The position numbers and the translations under genes are program-made. From a virus: 60,467 nucleotides of DNA. Under the pieces are notes generated by a model, which was not told where the DNA came from, searched no databases, and saw nothing but the letters and a program-made list of their open reading frames with translations. The stretch covers positions 1 to 60,467 of the IMG/VR virus record IMGVR_UViG_3300045988_040927; one strand, given 5' to 3'. Below are positions 18,547-29,139 of this stretch, in pieces. How positions within the stretch are numbered: the first letter of the stretch is position 1; the number at the start of each line of letters is the position of its first letter.

Positions 18547-21096
18547 TTGGCAGAAATTTATACAGTCAAAAAAGGTGATACCTTATCACAAATATGCGAG
18601 AAGTATAAAACTAAATATGGTTACGGTTCTGGCTATGCTGAAACAACAAAATACATGAATGCGGTAGCAAAGCTTAATGATATCGATAATGTTAACCTTA
18701 TTTACACAGGTCAAAAAATTGACATGGATGTAAAGAACAGTAAACCAGCAGCAAAGCCAGCTACATCCTCTAAACCTTCGATAAAACATTTTGGTCTTCA
18801 ATCTGATACCGATAGAACGGTATTTGCTACTTGGCATTGGTCTAAAGATCATACTGATCATTATAAGTGTGCGTGGTACTACTGGGTGCCAGGCAATAAT
18901 ACTTGGTTTGAAGGAAGTATCTCAGATGTAACCAGTAAACAGAGTGTATATAATGCTCCAGCTAATGCTAGCTCAGTTAAGTTTAAAGTTAAACCTATTT
19001 CTAAGAAGCATAAAGTAAACAAAAAAGATGTTGTATATTGGACTGCGGACTATTCTAGTGAGAAAAAATATAGCTTTAACGCTAATCCACCATCTACGCC
19101 ACCAGTACCAACTGTTGAAATAGATAAATACACGCTCACAGCAAGTATCGATAATTATGATGATGCATTAGCAAGTAAAGTATTCTTTGAAATAGTTAAA
19201 GATAATACTGTAAACTTTAGCAAAAGTGATGGACTATCTCGTACTAAAAATTCTGCATCATATTCGTGTAAGATTGAGGCTGGCGGTGAATACAAAGCTC
19301 GTTGTAGAGCTTACAATGAAAGGTCACAAGAGTATAGTGACTGGTCCGAGTATTCGAATAATGTTGGAACTATTCCGTCTACGCCTGGCGAAATAGAATA
19401 TATTAAAGCTTTGTCGAAAACAGTATTACAACTTAAGTGGGGTAAAGCAACCAATGCCACAAGCTGCGAAGTAGAATATACAACAGATTCAAGGTATTTC
19501 GACAGTTCTAGTGCAGTTCAATCAGTAACCGTTAATTCTTTAGAATATTGTGAAGTAGTAGGCTTAGAGCCAGGTAACACCTATTACTTTAGAGTAAGAG
19601 CTGTAAATGAGAATGGTAAATCTGGATGGACTGGTGTAAAATCAGCTGTTTTAGGTCAAAAGCCAGCGGCACCTACTACATGGTCATCTACAACAACTGC
19701 AATTACTGGCGAACCCTTAACTCTGTATTGGATTCACAATGCAAAAGATGGATCTAAACAAAAATATGCAGAAATAGAGTTGACTATTGATGGAGTCACA
19801 CAAACAATAAATCCTCCATTTGATGCGGTATCAGATGATGACGAAGAAAAGACATATTCATATCCTATCAACACCTCGGTGTATGTCGAAGGCACAAAAA
19901 TATTATGGCGTGTCAGAACTGCCGGTATAACTGGTGAATATGGTGATTGGTCTGCACAAAGAACGGTCGACATTTATGCTCCTCCAACATTAACAATCAA
20001 AATGACCAATACAGCAGGAGAAGAAATTAGTTCGCTTAGATCTTTTCCTTTTTATATTTCTGGTATTGCAGGTCCTCGTACCCAAGCTCCTATTGGATAT
20101 AATTTAGAGATTGTATCAAACGAGCAATATGAGACTGTTGATCAAATCGGAAATCAAACAATCATAAACGAAGGGGAAACTGTATATTCTAAGCAATTTG
20201 ATACGAAGGAAACTTTGTTAGTCGAACTATCAGCACATAATATAGATCTCGAAAATAATGTGACATATACCGTCAATTGTACAGTATCTATGAATTCTGG
20301 CTTATCTGCGTCTGCATCATTGGAATTTACAGTATATTGGGCTGATGAAACGTATGGTCCAAATGCAGAAATAGCTTATGATCCTGACACTTTAACCGCT
20401 TCTATAAGACCTTATTGTGAAGAGGAAACTATAGAGGTAGATGATAAAGGAAATGAGACTATTACAACTAATCTTGTTCCTAATATTACGCTATCTGTTT
20501 ACAGACGTGAATATGATGGTAAATTCGTAGAATTAGCTACAGGATTATCTAATACTAAAAGCACATTTACTACCGATCCTCATCCAGCTTTAGACTATGC
20601 TAGATATAGAATCGTAGCTATAGCTAATGATACTGGTGCTGTTAGTTTTTATGATGTCCCAGGTTACCCTACAGGTGAAAATGCAGTTATTATTCAGTGG
20701 AATGAAGCCTGGTCAAATTTTGATACAAACAATGAAGATGCGTTGGAAAATCAACCATGGTCTGGATCATTATTAAAACTTCCATATAATATTGATGTGT
20801 CTGATAGTAACAAACCAGATGTTGAATTGATTGAATATATCGGTCGTCCTCATCCAGTTAGCTATTACGGTACACAGCTAGGTACAACCTCGACTTGGAA
20901 TGTCGAAGTACCTAAAGACGATATTAATACATTATATGCTTTACGCCGCCTGTCTATATGGATGGGCGATGTTTATGTTAGAGAGCCATCAGGTAGCGGA
21001 TATTGGGCAAATGTTACAGTATCGTTTAGTCAAAAGCATTGCGCTGTTACTATACCGGTTACTCTTAATGTAACTAGAGTAGAGGGAGGAGCTTAA
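18547..21096 (+). CDS. LysM- and FN3-domain tail protein (distal tail protein position)
   Basis: TTG start 8 nt after GGAGGA. LysM at aa 3-60 (YTVKKGDTLSQICEKY...IYTGQKIDM). At least one clear FN3 domain (LQLKWGKATNATSCEVEY...GNTYYFRVRAVNENGKSGW). It directly follows the tape measure gene. Confidence 0.65.
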   Translation: MAEIYTVKKGDTLSQICEKYKTKYGYGSGYAETTKYMNAVAKLNDIDNVNLIYTGQKIDMDVKNSKPAAKPATSSKPSIKHFGLQSDTDRTVFATWHWSKDHTDHYKCAWYYWVPGNNTWFEGSISDVTSKQSVYNAPANASSVKFKVKPISKKHKVNKKDVVYWTADYSSEKKYSFNANPPSTPPVPTVEIDKYTLTASIDNYDDALASKVFFEIVKDNTVNFSKSDGLSRTKNSASYSCKIEAGGEYKARCRAYNERSQEYSDWSEYSNNVGTIPSTPGEIEYIKALSKTVLQLKWGKATNATSCEVEYTTDSRYFDSSSAVQSVTVNSLEYCEVVGLEPGNTYYFRVRAVNENGKSGWTGVKSAVLGQKPAAPTTWSSTTTAITGEPLTLYWIHNAKDGSKQKYAEIELTIDGVTQTINPPFDAVSDDDEEKTYSYPINTSVYVEGTKILWRVRTAGITGEYGDWSAQRTVDIYAPPTLTIKMTNTAGEEISSLRSFPFYISGIAGPRTQAPIGYNLEIVSNEQYETVDQIGNQTIINEGETVYSKQFDTKETLLVELSAHNIDLENNVTYTVNCTVSMNSGLSASASLEFTVYWADETYGPNAEIAYDPDTLTASIRPYCEEETIEVDDKGNETITTNLVPNITLSVYRREYDGKFVELATGLSNTKSTFTTDPHPALDYARYRIVAIANDTGAVSFYDVPGYPTGENAVIIQWNEAWSNFDTNNEDALENQPWSGSLLKLPYNIDVSDSNKPDVELIEYIGRPHPVSYYGTQLGTTSTWNVEVPKDDINTLYALRRLSIWMGDVYVREPSGSGYWANVTVSFSQKHCAVTIPVTLNVTRVEGGA

Positions 21097-21097
21097 T

Positions 21098-22159
21098 ATG
21101 ATTGATTGGACATCGACTATGCAACAAACATTCGAATATTATATAGTAGATCCTGGCACTTGGTGCGACGATAAAAGGCTAGATAATGTTCGTTCGTGCA
21201 CTATAACTAGAGATTCCGATGCTGATACATTAGGTTCCGCTACTATTGATGTTGATAACATGACGGGAGAATCTTATATAAGAGCGTATCTCATAGCAAT
21301 TCAAAATGGTGTTAAATATAGGATTCCTTTAGGTACATTTCTTGTGCAGACACCATCATCAAAGTATAGCGGAGCATTACGTAGCGTATCAATGCAGGCG
21401 TATACTCCTTTATTGGAACTTAAGGAATCGCAACCGCCTCTTGGCTTTTATATTCCGAAAGATACGAATATTATGCAATATGCATATATGATGACCAGAG
21501 AACATGTTAGAGCTCCAGTTGTTAAGGGTTCTAATGACACTAATGTGTATGCTGATTTTGTAGCATCAACTGATGATAATTGGTTGACATTCCTACAAGA
21601 TCTTATAGCAAATATTAAATATCGTTTTGATCTTGATGAAATGGGCCGTATTCTATTTGCTCCTAAGCAGGAAACGGCCTCTTTACAGCCTGTTTGGACA
21701 TATAATGATGACAATAGTTCGATTATATATCCAGAATTGACCATGGAACATGATTTATACGGAATCCCTAATGTTGTAGAGGTCATATATTCTTCTAATA
21801 GTGGAGATTACTATTATACAAGAGTTGTTAATGACGATGCTAATAGCTTAACGTCTACTGTTAATCGTGGACGAGAAATAGTCCATCGAGTTACTGATTT
21901 AAGTGCAATCGGAAATCCGACACATCATCAAATAGATGATTACGCTAAACAGCTCCTTAGAGAATTGTCATCTATAGAATATTCTATAACATATACTCAT
22001 GGTTATTGCCCTGTTCGATTAGGTGATTGTATTCGACTTAATTATTCAAGAGCAGGTCTGACCAATATTAAGGCTAAGGTCGTTAGTCAATCTATCAAAT
22101 GCGAACCAGGCTGTCCTGTAACTGAAAAAGCAGTCTTTACTGTTGATTTATGGAGGTGA
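21098..22159 (+). CDS. Tail hub / Tal-like baseplate protein (N-terminal domain size)
   Basis: 353 aa, coupled to the upstream gene, in the Tal position after the Dit-position gene. Confidence 0.45.
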   Translation: MIDWTSTMQQTFEYYIVDPGTWCDDKRLDNVRSCTITRDSDADTLGSATIDVDNMTGESYIRAYLIAIQNGVKYRIPLGTFLVQTPSSKYSGALRSVSMQAYTPLLELKESQPPLGFYIPKDTNIMQYAYMMTREHVRAPVVKGSNDTNVYADFVASTDDNWLTFLQDLIANIKYRFDLDEMGRILFAPKQETASLQPVWTYNDDNSSIIYPELTMEHDLYGIPNVVEVIYSSNSGDYYYTRVVNDDANSLTSTVNRGREIVHRVTDLSAIGNPTHHQIDDYAKQLLRELSSIEYSITYTHGYCPVRLGDCIRLNYSRAGLTNIKAKVVSQSIKCEPGCPVTEKAVFTVDLWR

Positions 22160-22165
22160 TATATT

Positions 22166-25117
22166 ATGGGTTTGTCCAGTGATTTGATATCTCAATTCGT
22201 AAAAATCACAAATGATACCAATAAGTCTAAAAAAGAAACGACCGCATACGGAACAGCTGTATCTTACAACGGAGATATGTGGGTACGTCTCGACGGATCA
22301 GACTTATTAACCCCTATGACAAAAACTGTCGGCGTTAAAGATGGAGATCGTGTAACGATAACTATCAAAGATCATGCAGCGACAGTAAATGGCAATATAT
22401 CATCTCCGTCAGCAAGTAGCAGCGAGTTAAAAGCAATAGATAGCAAAGTAGGCGAATTTGTAACTGTTACCACTGAAGAACTTATAGCTCAAAGCGCTAA
22501 AATCGAAGATCTTACAGCTGATAATGTAACTATCAATGAAAAGTTAACGGCCAACGAAGGTTATATTTCAAAACTTCAAGCGGAAAATGTAACTATTAAT
22601 AAAAAATTAACAGCCAATGAAGCTGATGTAAAAAAGCTCACCGCTGATTATGCTGAAATTAATAGCTTAGTTGCTAAAAAAGCATCTATAGAAGATCTTG
22701 AAGCGACTAATGCGAGTATTCATAATTTGGCGGCAGACTATGGTAATTATAAAGATTTAATTACTGATAAATTTGTAGCATATGATGCGACTATAAAAAA
22801 GTTAGATGCTGACAAAGCTAACATCGTAGACTTAAATGCGGCAACTGCTGAAATAGATAAGCTTTTAGCTAAGAAAGCGTCTATCGATGATTTAGATGCA
22901 ACCAATGCACGTATAGATACGCTCACAGCATCACAAATTACCACTGAGTATCTGAAGGCTAATTATGCTAACATTGACCTCGCTAATGTGAATAATACAT
23001 GGATTCAAAATGGTATTATTAAAAACGGCGCAATAGGTGCGGCCGCTATTCATGAGGGTGCTATAACGAACGCTAAAATTGCTGATGCGACAATCGAAGC
23101 TGCTAAGATCAAAACCATCAACGCTGATACTATTACAGCTGGTACATTGAAGACTAACCGACTCATTATAACTAGTGAGGATGGTACCGATTCAATCGTT
23201 AAAGCTATAAACACCGCAAATGGTGTAGCTGAAGCAAACGGTATGAAGTTGCAGGCTGCATCAATTGATGTTGTGGATCTGTCAGCTTTCAATGCGAAGA
23301 TCGCTCAGTTTATTTTAAAGGATAACGCTATTTATAGCGGTAAAACCTCAATCACAGATCCTACTAGTGGTGTTTATATTTCTACTACTGGTATTGGTGT
23401 TGGTAATGGTGCTTTAACTGATACTAATGAATCACCGGTACAGATATATGCTGATGGTGGAATGAAATTAAAGGCTAAGAATGGTTATATTGACTTTAAT
23501 TCTGTTACAGGTGATCTGAATATTAATGCTACAACTTTGAATATCAATTCTAAAACAATAGCTAGTAACGAAGATGTAACAGATGCTATCGATAATATTG
23601 AAATCGGCGGTAGAAATTACATACTAGATTCAGCATTTAGTAAGTACACACCAGACGGTTCTAATATAACTAAAGATGGTGAAGTTATAACATTTAACGG
23701 TGGAGATCCTAAAAATTATCTTAGTCGTACAGCTTCTAGTAGCTTCAAATCTTCTGCTAGAGGAAAAAAGTTGGCATTATCAATGGATATAAAGGTTAAC
23801 GAAGAAATTACATTCGGAACCACTAATCCATGGATCGGATTTGAAATATCAATTAGCTACACGGATGGCACACAAAGTTGGCTCGACTTACTTGGAGGTA
23901 AAAAAATGCCAACAGAGGTCGCTGATTGGAAACGATATACGTCGATTGTAACAGTTAAAGATACTGAAATTAAATCGATAGGTGTATCTATTGTATGTCG
24001 TGATTTTACAGGTTCAATAAGTGTAAGGCATCCAAAAGTTGAAATATCTACAAAACCGACTGATTGGACTCCTGCTCCTGAAGATATTAATTCAGATCTC
24101 GATGCTGTAAAAACTAGAGTCACATCTGCTGAAACTAACATTGAACAGAATTCAACTGATATTGCTCTTCGTGCTACTAAGACCGAACTTACCAACGCTA
24201 TCGACGGTGTTAATACGACGATGGGTCAATTAGAAACAAGCATTCAGGAAAATGCTAATGCTATATCTCTTCGTGCTACTAAGACTGAAGTAACAACTGC
24301 TAAATCAGAAGCAATCAACGCAGCGGCTACCGACGCTTCAACCAAAGCAAATGCGGCATTAACTGATGCAAAGGCTTATACAGATGCTCAGATTAAGATA
24401 TCTGCTGACAGTATAACTTCAACTGTTAGTAAAACATATCAGAATGATAATCAACCTCCGTCTTGGTATATGACCAATTATCCAAGACAAGTTGTTACGG
24501 AATTTAAATATAGTAATATTATCGGTCTACCAAAGAACGAAACGTATTGTACTCTTGAAACAACTGTTCCTTGGAATGATAAGTCTGGCGGTTACCCTAA
24601 GCAAAGAGCTCAGATGGCAGGTAAAGTATATTATCGAATAGGCATTTCTGAATCAGAATGGGGTATTTGGAAAGATACCCTTGATGTAGCTACAGCAGAT
24701 AGTACATACGCTACATCTAAATCAGTAGATGCGTTGGCTGGAAATGTTAATGCTTACATCGAGAGTAGCACAAAGATGATCCAAGACATAAACGGATGGC
24801 AGTTTAACTGGAATAAAATCTTACGTACAGATGAAGCTAATGTGGCTAAGCACCAAGACTATATCACATTTAAAAATGGCGATATTATACTTGGTGAATC
24901 TAGTAGTGATTTAAAGGTTAAAATTGGTAACGATGCTATTCAGTTTAAAGGTGAAAGCGGAAGTGAAACAGCAGTAACACCTGATTCTGATGCTACCGCT
25001 TGGATTACAGGTCAATCATTTAATATTAACGCTGGTGAAATACATACTTCTCTCAAAGTAGGTAATCTCCAGTTCACACCACGACCAAATGGTAATTTTA
25101 GTATAACTATAGCATAA
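22166..25117 (+). CDS. Tail fibre / minor structural protein with a long coiled-coil repeat stalk
   Basis: 983 aa. Repeated heptad-like segments (DLTADNVTINEKLTANE / AENVTINKKLTANE / KKASIEDLEATNA / KKASIDDLDATNA). Further TKTE..A repeats and a beta-rich C-terminus. Confidence 0.6.
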   Translation: MGLSSDLISQFVKITNDTNKSKKETTAYGTAVSYNGDMWVRLDGSDLLTPMTKTVGVKDGDRVTITIKDHAATVNGNISSPSASSSELKAIDSKVGEFVTVTTEELIAQSAKIEDLTADNVTINEKLTANEGYISKLQAENVTINKKLTANEADVKKLTADYAEINSLVAKKASIEDLEATNASIHNLAADYGNYKDLITDKFVAYDATIKKLDADKANIVDLNAATAEIDKLLAKKASIDDLDATNARIDTLTASQITTEYLKANYANIDLANVNNTWIQNGIIKNGAIGAAAIHEGAITNAKIADATIEAAKIKTINADTITAGTLKTNRLIITSEDGTDSIVKAINTANGVAEANGMKLQAASIDVVDLSAFNAKIAQFILKDNAIYSGKTSITDPTSGVYISTTGIGVGNGALTDTNESPVQIYADGGMKLKAKNGYIDFNSVTGDLNINATTLNINSKTIASNEDVTDAIDNIEIGGRNYILDSAFSKYTPDGSNITKDGEVITFNGGDPKNYLSRTASSSFKSSARGKKLALSMDIKVNEEITFGTTNPWIGFEISISYTDGTQSWLDLLGGKKMPTEVADWKRYTSIVTVKDTEIKSIGVSIVCRDFTGSISVRHPKVEISTKPTDWTPAPEDINSDLDAVKTRVTSAETNIEQNSTDIALRATKTELTNAIDGVNTTMGQLETSIQENANAISLRATKTEVTTAKSEAINAAATDASTKANAALTDAKAYTDAQIKISADSITSTVSKTYQNDNQPPSWYMTNYPRQVVTEFKYSNIIGLPKNETYCTLETTVPWNDKSGGYPKQRAQMAGKVYYRIGISESEWGIWKDTLDVATADSTYATSKSVDALAGNVNAYIESSTKMIQDINGWQFNWNKILRTDEANVAKHQDYITFKNGDIILGESSSDLKVKIGNDAIQFKGESGSETAVTPDSDATAWITGQSFNINAGEIHTSLKVGNLQFTPRPNGNFSITIA

Positions 25118-25132
25118 AGGAGGTAGATACTC

Positions 25133-27310
25133 ATGGCTGATGATAAAGGATATTATGTCTTTTGGGGATGCCCTACAGAATTAAAAACAGATCAGCAGTA
25201 TACATATCAAATGTCGACTACTGGTGGAGACATGACAGATGTCACATATAAATTCCGTTGGGAGTTTACGTGCGATGGTGTTACTACCAAAGAAACAATT
25301 GCTAGTGGTTTAACAAGCCTGACATACACATGGACTCCTACCAGTGTAAAATTTGGTCCTCTTATGAAAAAAAGTAAGAGTGGGACACTTAAACTTATAG
25401 TTGCGACATCAACTGGTAAAATGACTTATTCAAAAGTATTACCTCTTACGATATCAGATTCTATAAAACCATTAATATCAGGAGCTACAATTACTAGAAC
25501 AAATGATTTTAACGACCTTTCAGTGTCAAATATAACATCGCATAAACTGTCATTTAATGTAGCTGGTCTTTACGGCGCTGATCAAACAGTAACGGTAGGT
25601 GTCGGCGATAATAACTATACAAAAAGTGTGGGTGCAGTAGCAGGCAATGCTGCAACTAAAGTCGAGTTTGATCTTGGTGTTTTTGACGCTGGTACGTCCG
25701 ATACATACAAAAAAGCTATCACCATTCACGTTGCAGACAGTAGAAGTAATATAGCTGACACATCAACATCGATAGATATTTATAAATACGTACGACCAAC
25801 AGTTGAAGCATCAGTATATAGAAATGCTAATAATGAGAAAGCTTATATAGCATTTACTCCGACTATACAAACGACAGTTGCTGGCGCAGCTAATTCTATA
25901 AGTCTTTTCTATGCTAGAAGTATACTTGGTACAACTGTTGTCCAGACAGACCTTAAAACATCTCCGCAACAGTTAAATGGTGCTGATGATATTGATAAGT
26001 CTTATAACGTATTTGTATTCTTAAAAGATGCTGTTGGTGGAATAGCTGTCGCTCGTTTAGTTCTTCCTAGTAATATTCCGGTTATGGACATCGGATCTGA
26101 TGGTAAGACTGTAACGTTCTTCGGTACTTCGCCTACGACATCTGATGAAGAATTATTAACCATAGGTAAACTTGCATCATTCGGTAAACAAGCTAGGATA
26201 GGTTTTACAGATATTGCGTATACGTTGATAGGTACTAATGGTTTTTCGTATTGTACCTCACAAACAGAAAAACCAATAATGCGTATTGGCTCAGAAAGTA
26301 CAGATTATATCAATCCATATATAGCAATAGGACCGGATAATAGTGGTTATTATGGATTAGCTATTGGTAATAATAATTATATAGATGGTGGTTGTGCTAT
26401 TGGTATTTATAATAGAGTTAAAGATTTTGGACTCGCAATAGGTGCATATTGTGTAATAGGTCAAAGCGTGACGATGTCTGGTTATGGAACTTTGGCCGCT
26501 GGTATAGGAGTTGAAGCATACAGAAATGGTCAATGTGTGTTTGGAAAGTATAATGTCATCGATAACGGTTCTGATGAGTTAGAAAAATGGGAACGCCAGA
26601 TATTTATTGTCGGCAATGGTACAAGCGATACTGATCGATCATCAGCATTTATAATATACGAAGACGGTAGTGTATATATATCGGGAAATGCACAAGCTAA
26701 TAAATTCAGATTATACACTTTCCTGGATTCAGATGCTATTATTGACTGTTTATGGCTTGATAAGAATTATCACCCAATTGTTTCAAGGGGACAGAATAGC
26801 AATACCGCATATTTTGGGCCATATGCTAATTCTTACCAAGGAGAGTATACTGTTACAAATGTAAGAGGCAGGACTGTTCAGATTAAAGGTACTGCCATTA
26901 GTCTTAGTGGTAATACTTGGGTGAAGTCTGATGAACGATTAAAAGAAGATTTTCAGTCGCTGGATAAATGGGAATCTTTCTTTGACTATCTTGAGCCATG
27001 TGCGTTTAAATTTAAAGACGGCACTTCTGGTCGCTATCATCTAGGTTTTAAAGCTCAACAGGTAAAAGAATCTCTTGAAAAATCAGGGTTGACTACCAAA
27101 GATTTTGCTGGATTTGTTACTGATAAATATTTACCTGATGAAGAAAATGTTGATGAAATCAAGTTATATCATAAATTAGGTATTGATCCGGGAGAAGACA
27201 TTCACGGATTAAACTATACTGAATTTGTTGCATTACAGCATAATGAGATTCAAAAATTAAAAGAGCGGGTTAAAAATCTCGAAACTGAGATAAATGCTCT
27301 TAAACAATAA
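25133..27310 (+). CDS. Tail fibre with a C-terminal S74 intramolecular chaperone (auto-cleaving) domain
   Basis: The C-terminal sequence SDERLKEDF...YHLGFKAQQVKESL...LNYTEFVALQHNEIQKLKERV matches the Peptidase_S74 signature. This domain maps to nt ~26927-27307. Confidence 0.8.
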   Translation: MADDKGYYVFWGCPTELKTDQQYTYQMSTTGGDMTDVTYKFRWEFTCDGVTTKETIASGLTSLTYTWTPTSVKFGPLMKKSKSGTLKLIVATSTGKMTYSKVLPLTISDSIKPLISGATITRTNDFNDLSVSNITSHKLSFNVAGLYGADQTVTVGVGDNNYTKSVGAVAGNAATKVEFDLGVFDAGTSDTYKKAITIHVADSRSNIADTSTSIDIYKYVRPTVEASVYRNANNEKAYIAFTPTIQTTVAGAANSISLFYARSILGTTVVQTDLKTSPQQLNGADDIDKSYNVFVFLKDAVGGIAVARLVLPSNIPVMDIGSDGKTVTFFGTSPTTSDEELLTIGKLASFGKQARIGFTDIAYTLIGTNGFSYCTSQTEKPIMRIGSESTDYINPYIAIGPDNSGYYGLAIGNNNYIDGGCAIGIYNRVKDFGLAIGAYCVIGQSVTMSGYGTLAAGIGVEAYRNGQCVFGKYNVIDNGSDELEKWERQIFIVGNGTSDTDRSSAFIIYEDGSVYISGNAQANKFRLYTFLDSDAIIDCLWLDKNYHPIVSRGQNSNTAYFGPYANSYQGEYTVTNVRGRTVQIKGTAISLSGNTWVKSDERLKEDFQSLDKWESFFDYLEPCAFKFKDGTSGRYHLGFKAQQVKESLEKSGLTTKDFAGFVTDKYLPDEENVDEIKLYHKLGIDPGEDIHGLNYTEFVALQHNEIQKLKERVKNLETEINALKQ

Positions 27311-27329
27311 TAAGAAATGAGGTTATTTA

Positions 27330-27695
27330 ATGAAAGCTTTTGAAGTACAAAAATTACATGAGGCTTTTACATCATTAAGCAATGAAAAGATGGACTATGC
27401 TACCGCTTGCATCGTTGTAGATAACATCGATGCTCTGGAGAATCCTATGAAGGTGTATAATCAGATGCGCGATGATGTGATTAAAAAATATGCTGATAAG
27501 GATGAAAACGGAGAACTCATTGTTACAGATAAAGGAGCGGTTCACATTAATGATCTCGTTTCTTTCAACAATGAAATTATGGAGCTTAATGAATCTGAGA
27601 TTGAAGTTGAAATCAAAAAGATTAGTTCGGCTCTTATTGAGCGTATGGACATTACACCATCAATACTCAAAGTTCTCCGTCCGTACATTAACTAA
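27330..27695 (+). CDS. Hypothetical protein
   Basis: 121 aa with an SD-like GAGG, between the fibre and holin genes. Confidence 0.5.
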   Translation: MKAFEVQKLHEAFTSLSNEKMDYATACIVVDNIDALENPMKVYNQMRDDVIKKYADKDENGELIVTDKGAVHINDLVSFNNEIMELNESEIEVEIKKISSALIERMDITPSILKVLRPYIN

Positions 27696-27710
27696 GAAGG
27701 AGGTATAAAC

Positions 27711-27983
27711 ATGGATTTTTCAGTATTAAGTGAAAACTTTGTTTTTGTAGTAATGGTTGCTTGTCTGGTGATCGGATATATCATCAAGCATGCGACTTTT
27801 TTAAAATGGATTTCAAACGATAATATTCCAGTAATTCTTGCTGTATTTGGGGCTGTCCTTAATGCGATTGTCAGTGGCATATCTGTCGAATCTATCGTAT
27901 ACGGTGCTGTAATGGGATTGGCCTCTACAGGTCTACATCAATCATTTAAGCAGTGGGTCGAAAATACTAAATCTAAAAGGTAA
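27711..27983 (+). CDS. Holin
   Basis: 90 aa with a GGAGG SD, 2-3 hydrophobic helices and a charged C-terminus (KQWVENTKSKR). It sits in the canonical post-fibre position. Confidence 0.65.
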   Translation: MDFSVLSENFVFVVMVACLVIGYIIKHATFLKWISNDNIPVILAVFGAVLNAIVSGISVESIVYGAVMGLASTGLHQSFKQWVENTKSKR

Positions 27984-27985
27984 GT

Positions 27986-28264
27986 GTGATTAACATGGAT
28001 CAGATGGAATTTTTAGGCTATCTAGTTTGTGCCCTCATTACACTTGGAAGTTTCGTAGCTGTAGTTATGAAATTCACCAAACCAATAAATGATTTACTTG
28101 TGGCTATTCAGAAGCTCAATGACAACATTGACGGTATAAAAAAAGATAACGATATCCAGAATTCTAGAATTACAAAACATGGTGAACAGATTGACGATCT
28201 AAATAATCGTATGGGAACGATTGAAACTAAGGTAGAGCATATAGAGCATCATCATGTACAGTGA
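27986..28264 (+). CDS. BhlA/UviB-like holin-associated membrane protein
   Basis: An N-terminal TM helix (FLGYLVCALITLGSFVAVVM) is followed by a coiled coil, the same layout as BhlA. Possible starts are GTG 27986, ATG 27995 or ATG 28004. Confidence 0.5.
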   Translation: MINMDQMEFLGYLVCALITLGSFVAVVMKFTKPINDLLVAIQKLNDNIDGIKKDNDIQNSRITKHGEQIDDLNNRMGTIETKVEHIEHHHVQ

Positions 28265-28274
28265 ATAGTAAAAA

Positions 28275-28312
28275 GGGAGTACGTAAAATACGCATTCCCT
28301 TTTCTTTTTTTT
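28275..28312 (+). terminator. Intrinsic terminator after the holin genes
   Basis: GGGAGTACG-taaaata-CGCATTCCC followed by TTTTCTTTTTTTT. Confidence 0.65.
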
Positions 28313-28316
28313 ACTC

Positions 28317-28343
28317 CGCAAAAATTACATATCCTCTTATGGA
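28317..28343 (+). promoter_or_regulatory. 27-bp conserved motif, copy 1
   Basis: CGCAAAAATTACATATCCTCTTATGGA. It abuts a terminator T-run and lies 25 nt before ATG 28369. Confidence 0.6.
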
Positions 28344-28368
28344 GATAAAACAAAAGGAGGAGTTTATC

Positions 28369-28518
28369 ATGGGTGTAAAGAAATTCATCAAAACTTTAAT
28401 TACTTTAGACAAATTGAATCAAAAGTTCAATGAAGAACTTAACGAGAACATTAGAATTCTGAAGGCACAAGTTAAAGAAGAAGAGAAGAACCCTAAACGC
28501 TGGAAACCTGAGTCTTAA
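28369..28518 (+). CDS. Small coiled-coil protein
   Basis: 49 aa from ATG 28369, preceded by AAAGGAGGAG. The longer ORF-track start (28261) runs through a terminator and a motif copy. Confidence 0.45.
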   Translation: MGVKKFIKTLITLDKLNQKFNEELNENIRILKAQVKEEEKNPKRWKPES

Positions 28519-28532
28519 TCTCCATAAGAAAA

Positions 28533-28566
28533 GACCCGTCTTTATGACAGGTCCTCTTCTTTTTTT
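28533..28566. terminator. Bidirectional terminator at the convergence of the + and - strand genes
   Basis: GACCCGTC-tttat-GACAGGTC, flanked by an A-rich 5' side and a T-rich 3' side. Confidence 0.6.
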
Positions 28567-28568
28567 CC

Positions 28569-28823
28569 TTATCCTAATTTCTTATCCTCCTTCGTACCAA
28601 TTATCTCTATCCCATATTCTAATCTCTTAGGTAACTTGTGATGTTTTCTTCCCTCATAACCCAAAGCTTCATCAATCGCATTCTTAGCGCATCTATTTGT
28701 TCTGTAAATGTTATTATCTCCAGGTATGCTGATAGACCAACCGTTTTTATAACCCTCGATCCAGTAACCTCTGTACTTAAAATCAGCTCTTGTAACAGCC
28801 GTATCTTTCCATACTATTCTCAT
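28569..28823 (-). CDS. Hypothetical protein (possible lysogeny-expressed cargo gene)
   Basis: 84 aa on the - strand with a GGGAGGAA SD, downstream of the integrase. It is bounded by a bidirectional terminator. Confidence 0.5.
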   Translation of the reverse strand: MRIVWKDTAVTRADFKYRGYWIEGYKNGWSISIPGDNNIYRTNRCAKNAIDEALGYEGRKHHKLPKRLEYGIEIIGTKEDKKLG

Positions 28824-28950
28824 TTCTTATTTCCTCCCAAATGTTGATTTATCAGTGTTTTTAAGCCATCCCAGTTAGGTATATATCAAGAGGGTGTTAT
28901 AAAAATAACGCCATAATGATATACACGCGGGGTAAAAGCTAACCCACACT

Positions 28951-29139
28951 TTATTGGTGTAGGTCTATGTCTAATATAAATTCTACATCATTTTCACGAC
29001 TGAATTCAATTCTACTGATTATTTGCTTGAGGGATTCATTTTTAGTAGCTGCATCTAAGTAATCATCTTGGATCACCATAAGAGCATCTGACACAAGTAT
29101 TAGCTTCTCCTCATATTCTTCTTTTTCTGGAATAGCATA
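28951..29139 (-). pseudogene. Detached C-terminal 62 codons of the serine recombinase, in frame beyond TAA 29140-29142
   Basis: Reading on in the same frame gives YAIPEKEEYEEKLILVSDALMVIQDDYLDAATKNESLKQIISRIEFSRENDVEFILDIDLHQ*. This looks like the usual C-terminal end of Firmicutes large serine recombinases. Confidence 0.55.

Noticed and set aside
28824-28950. attP assigned to the hairpin-containing gap downstream of the integrase (GGTGTTAT-aaaa-ATAACGCC).
   Set aside because: Serine-integrase attP sites cannot be recognised without the bacterial attB or the prophage junctions. The inverted repeat could just as well be a transcription terminator.
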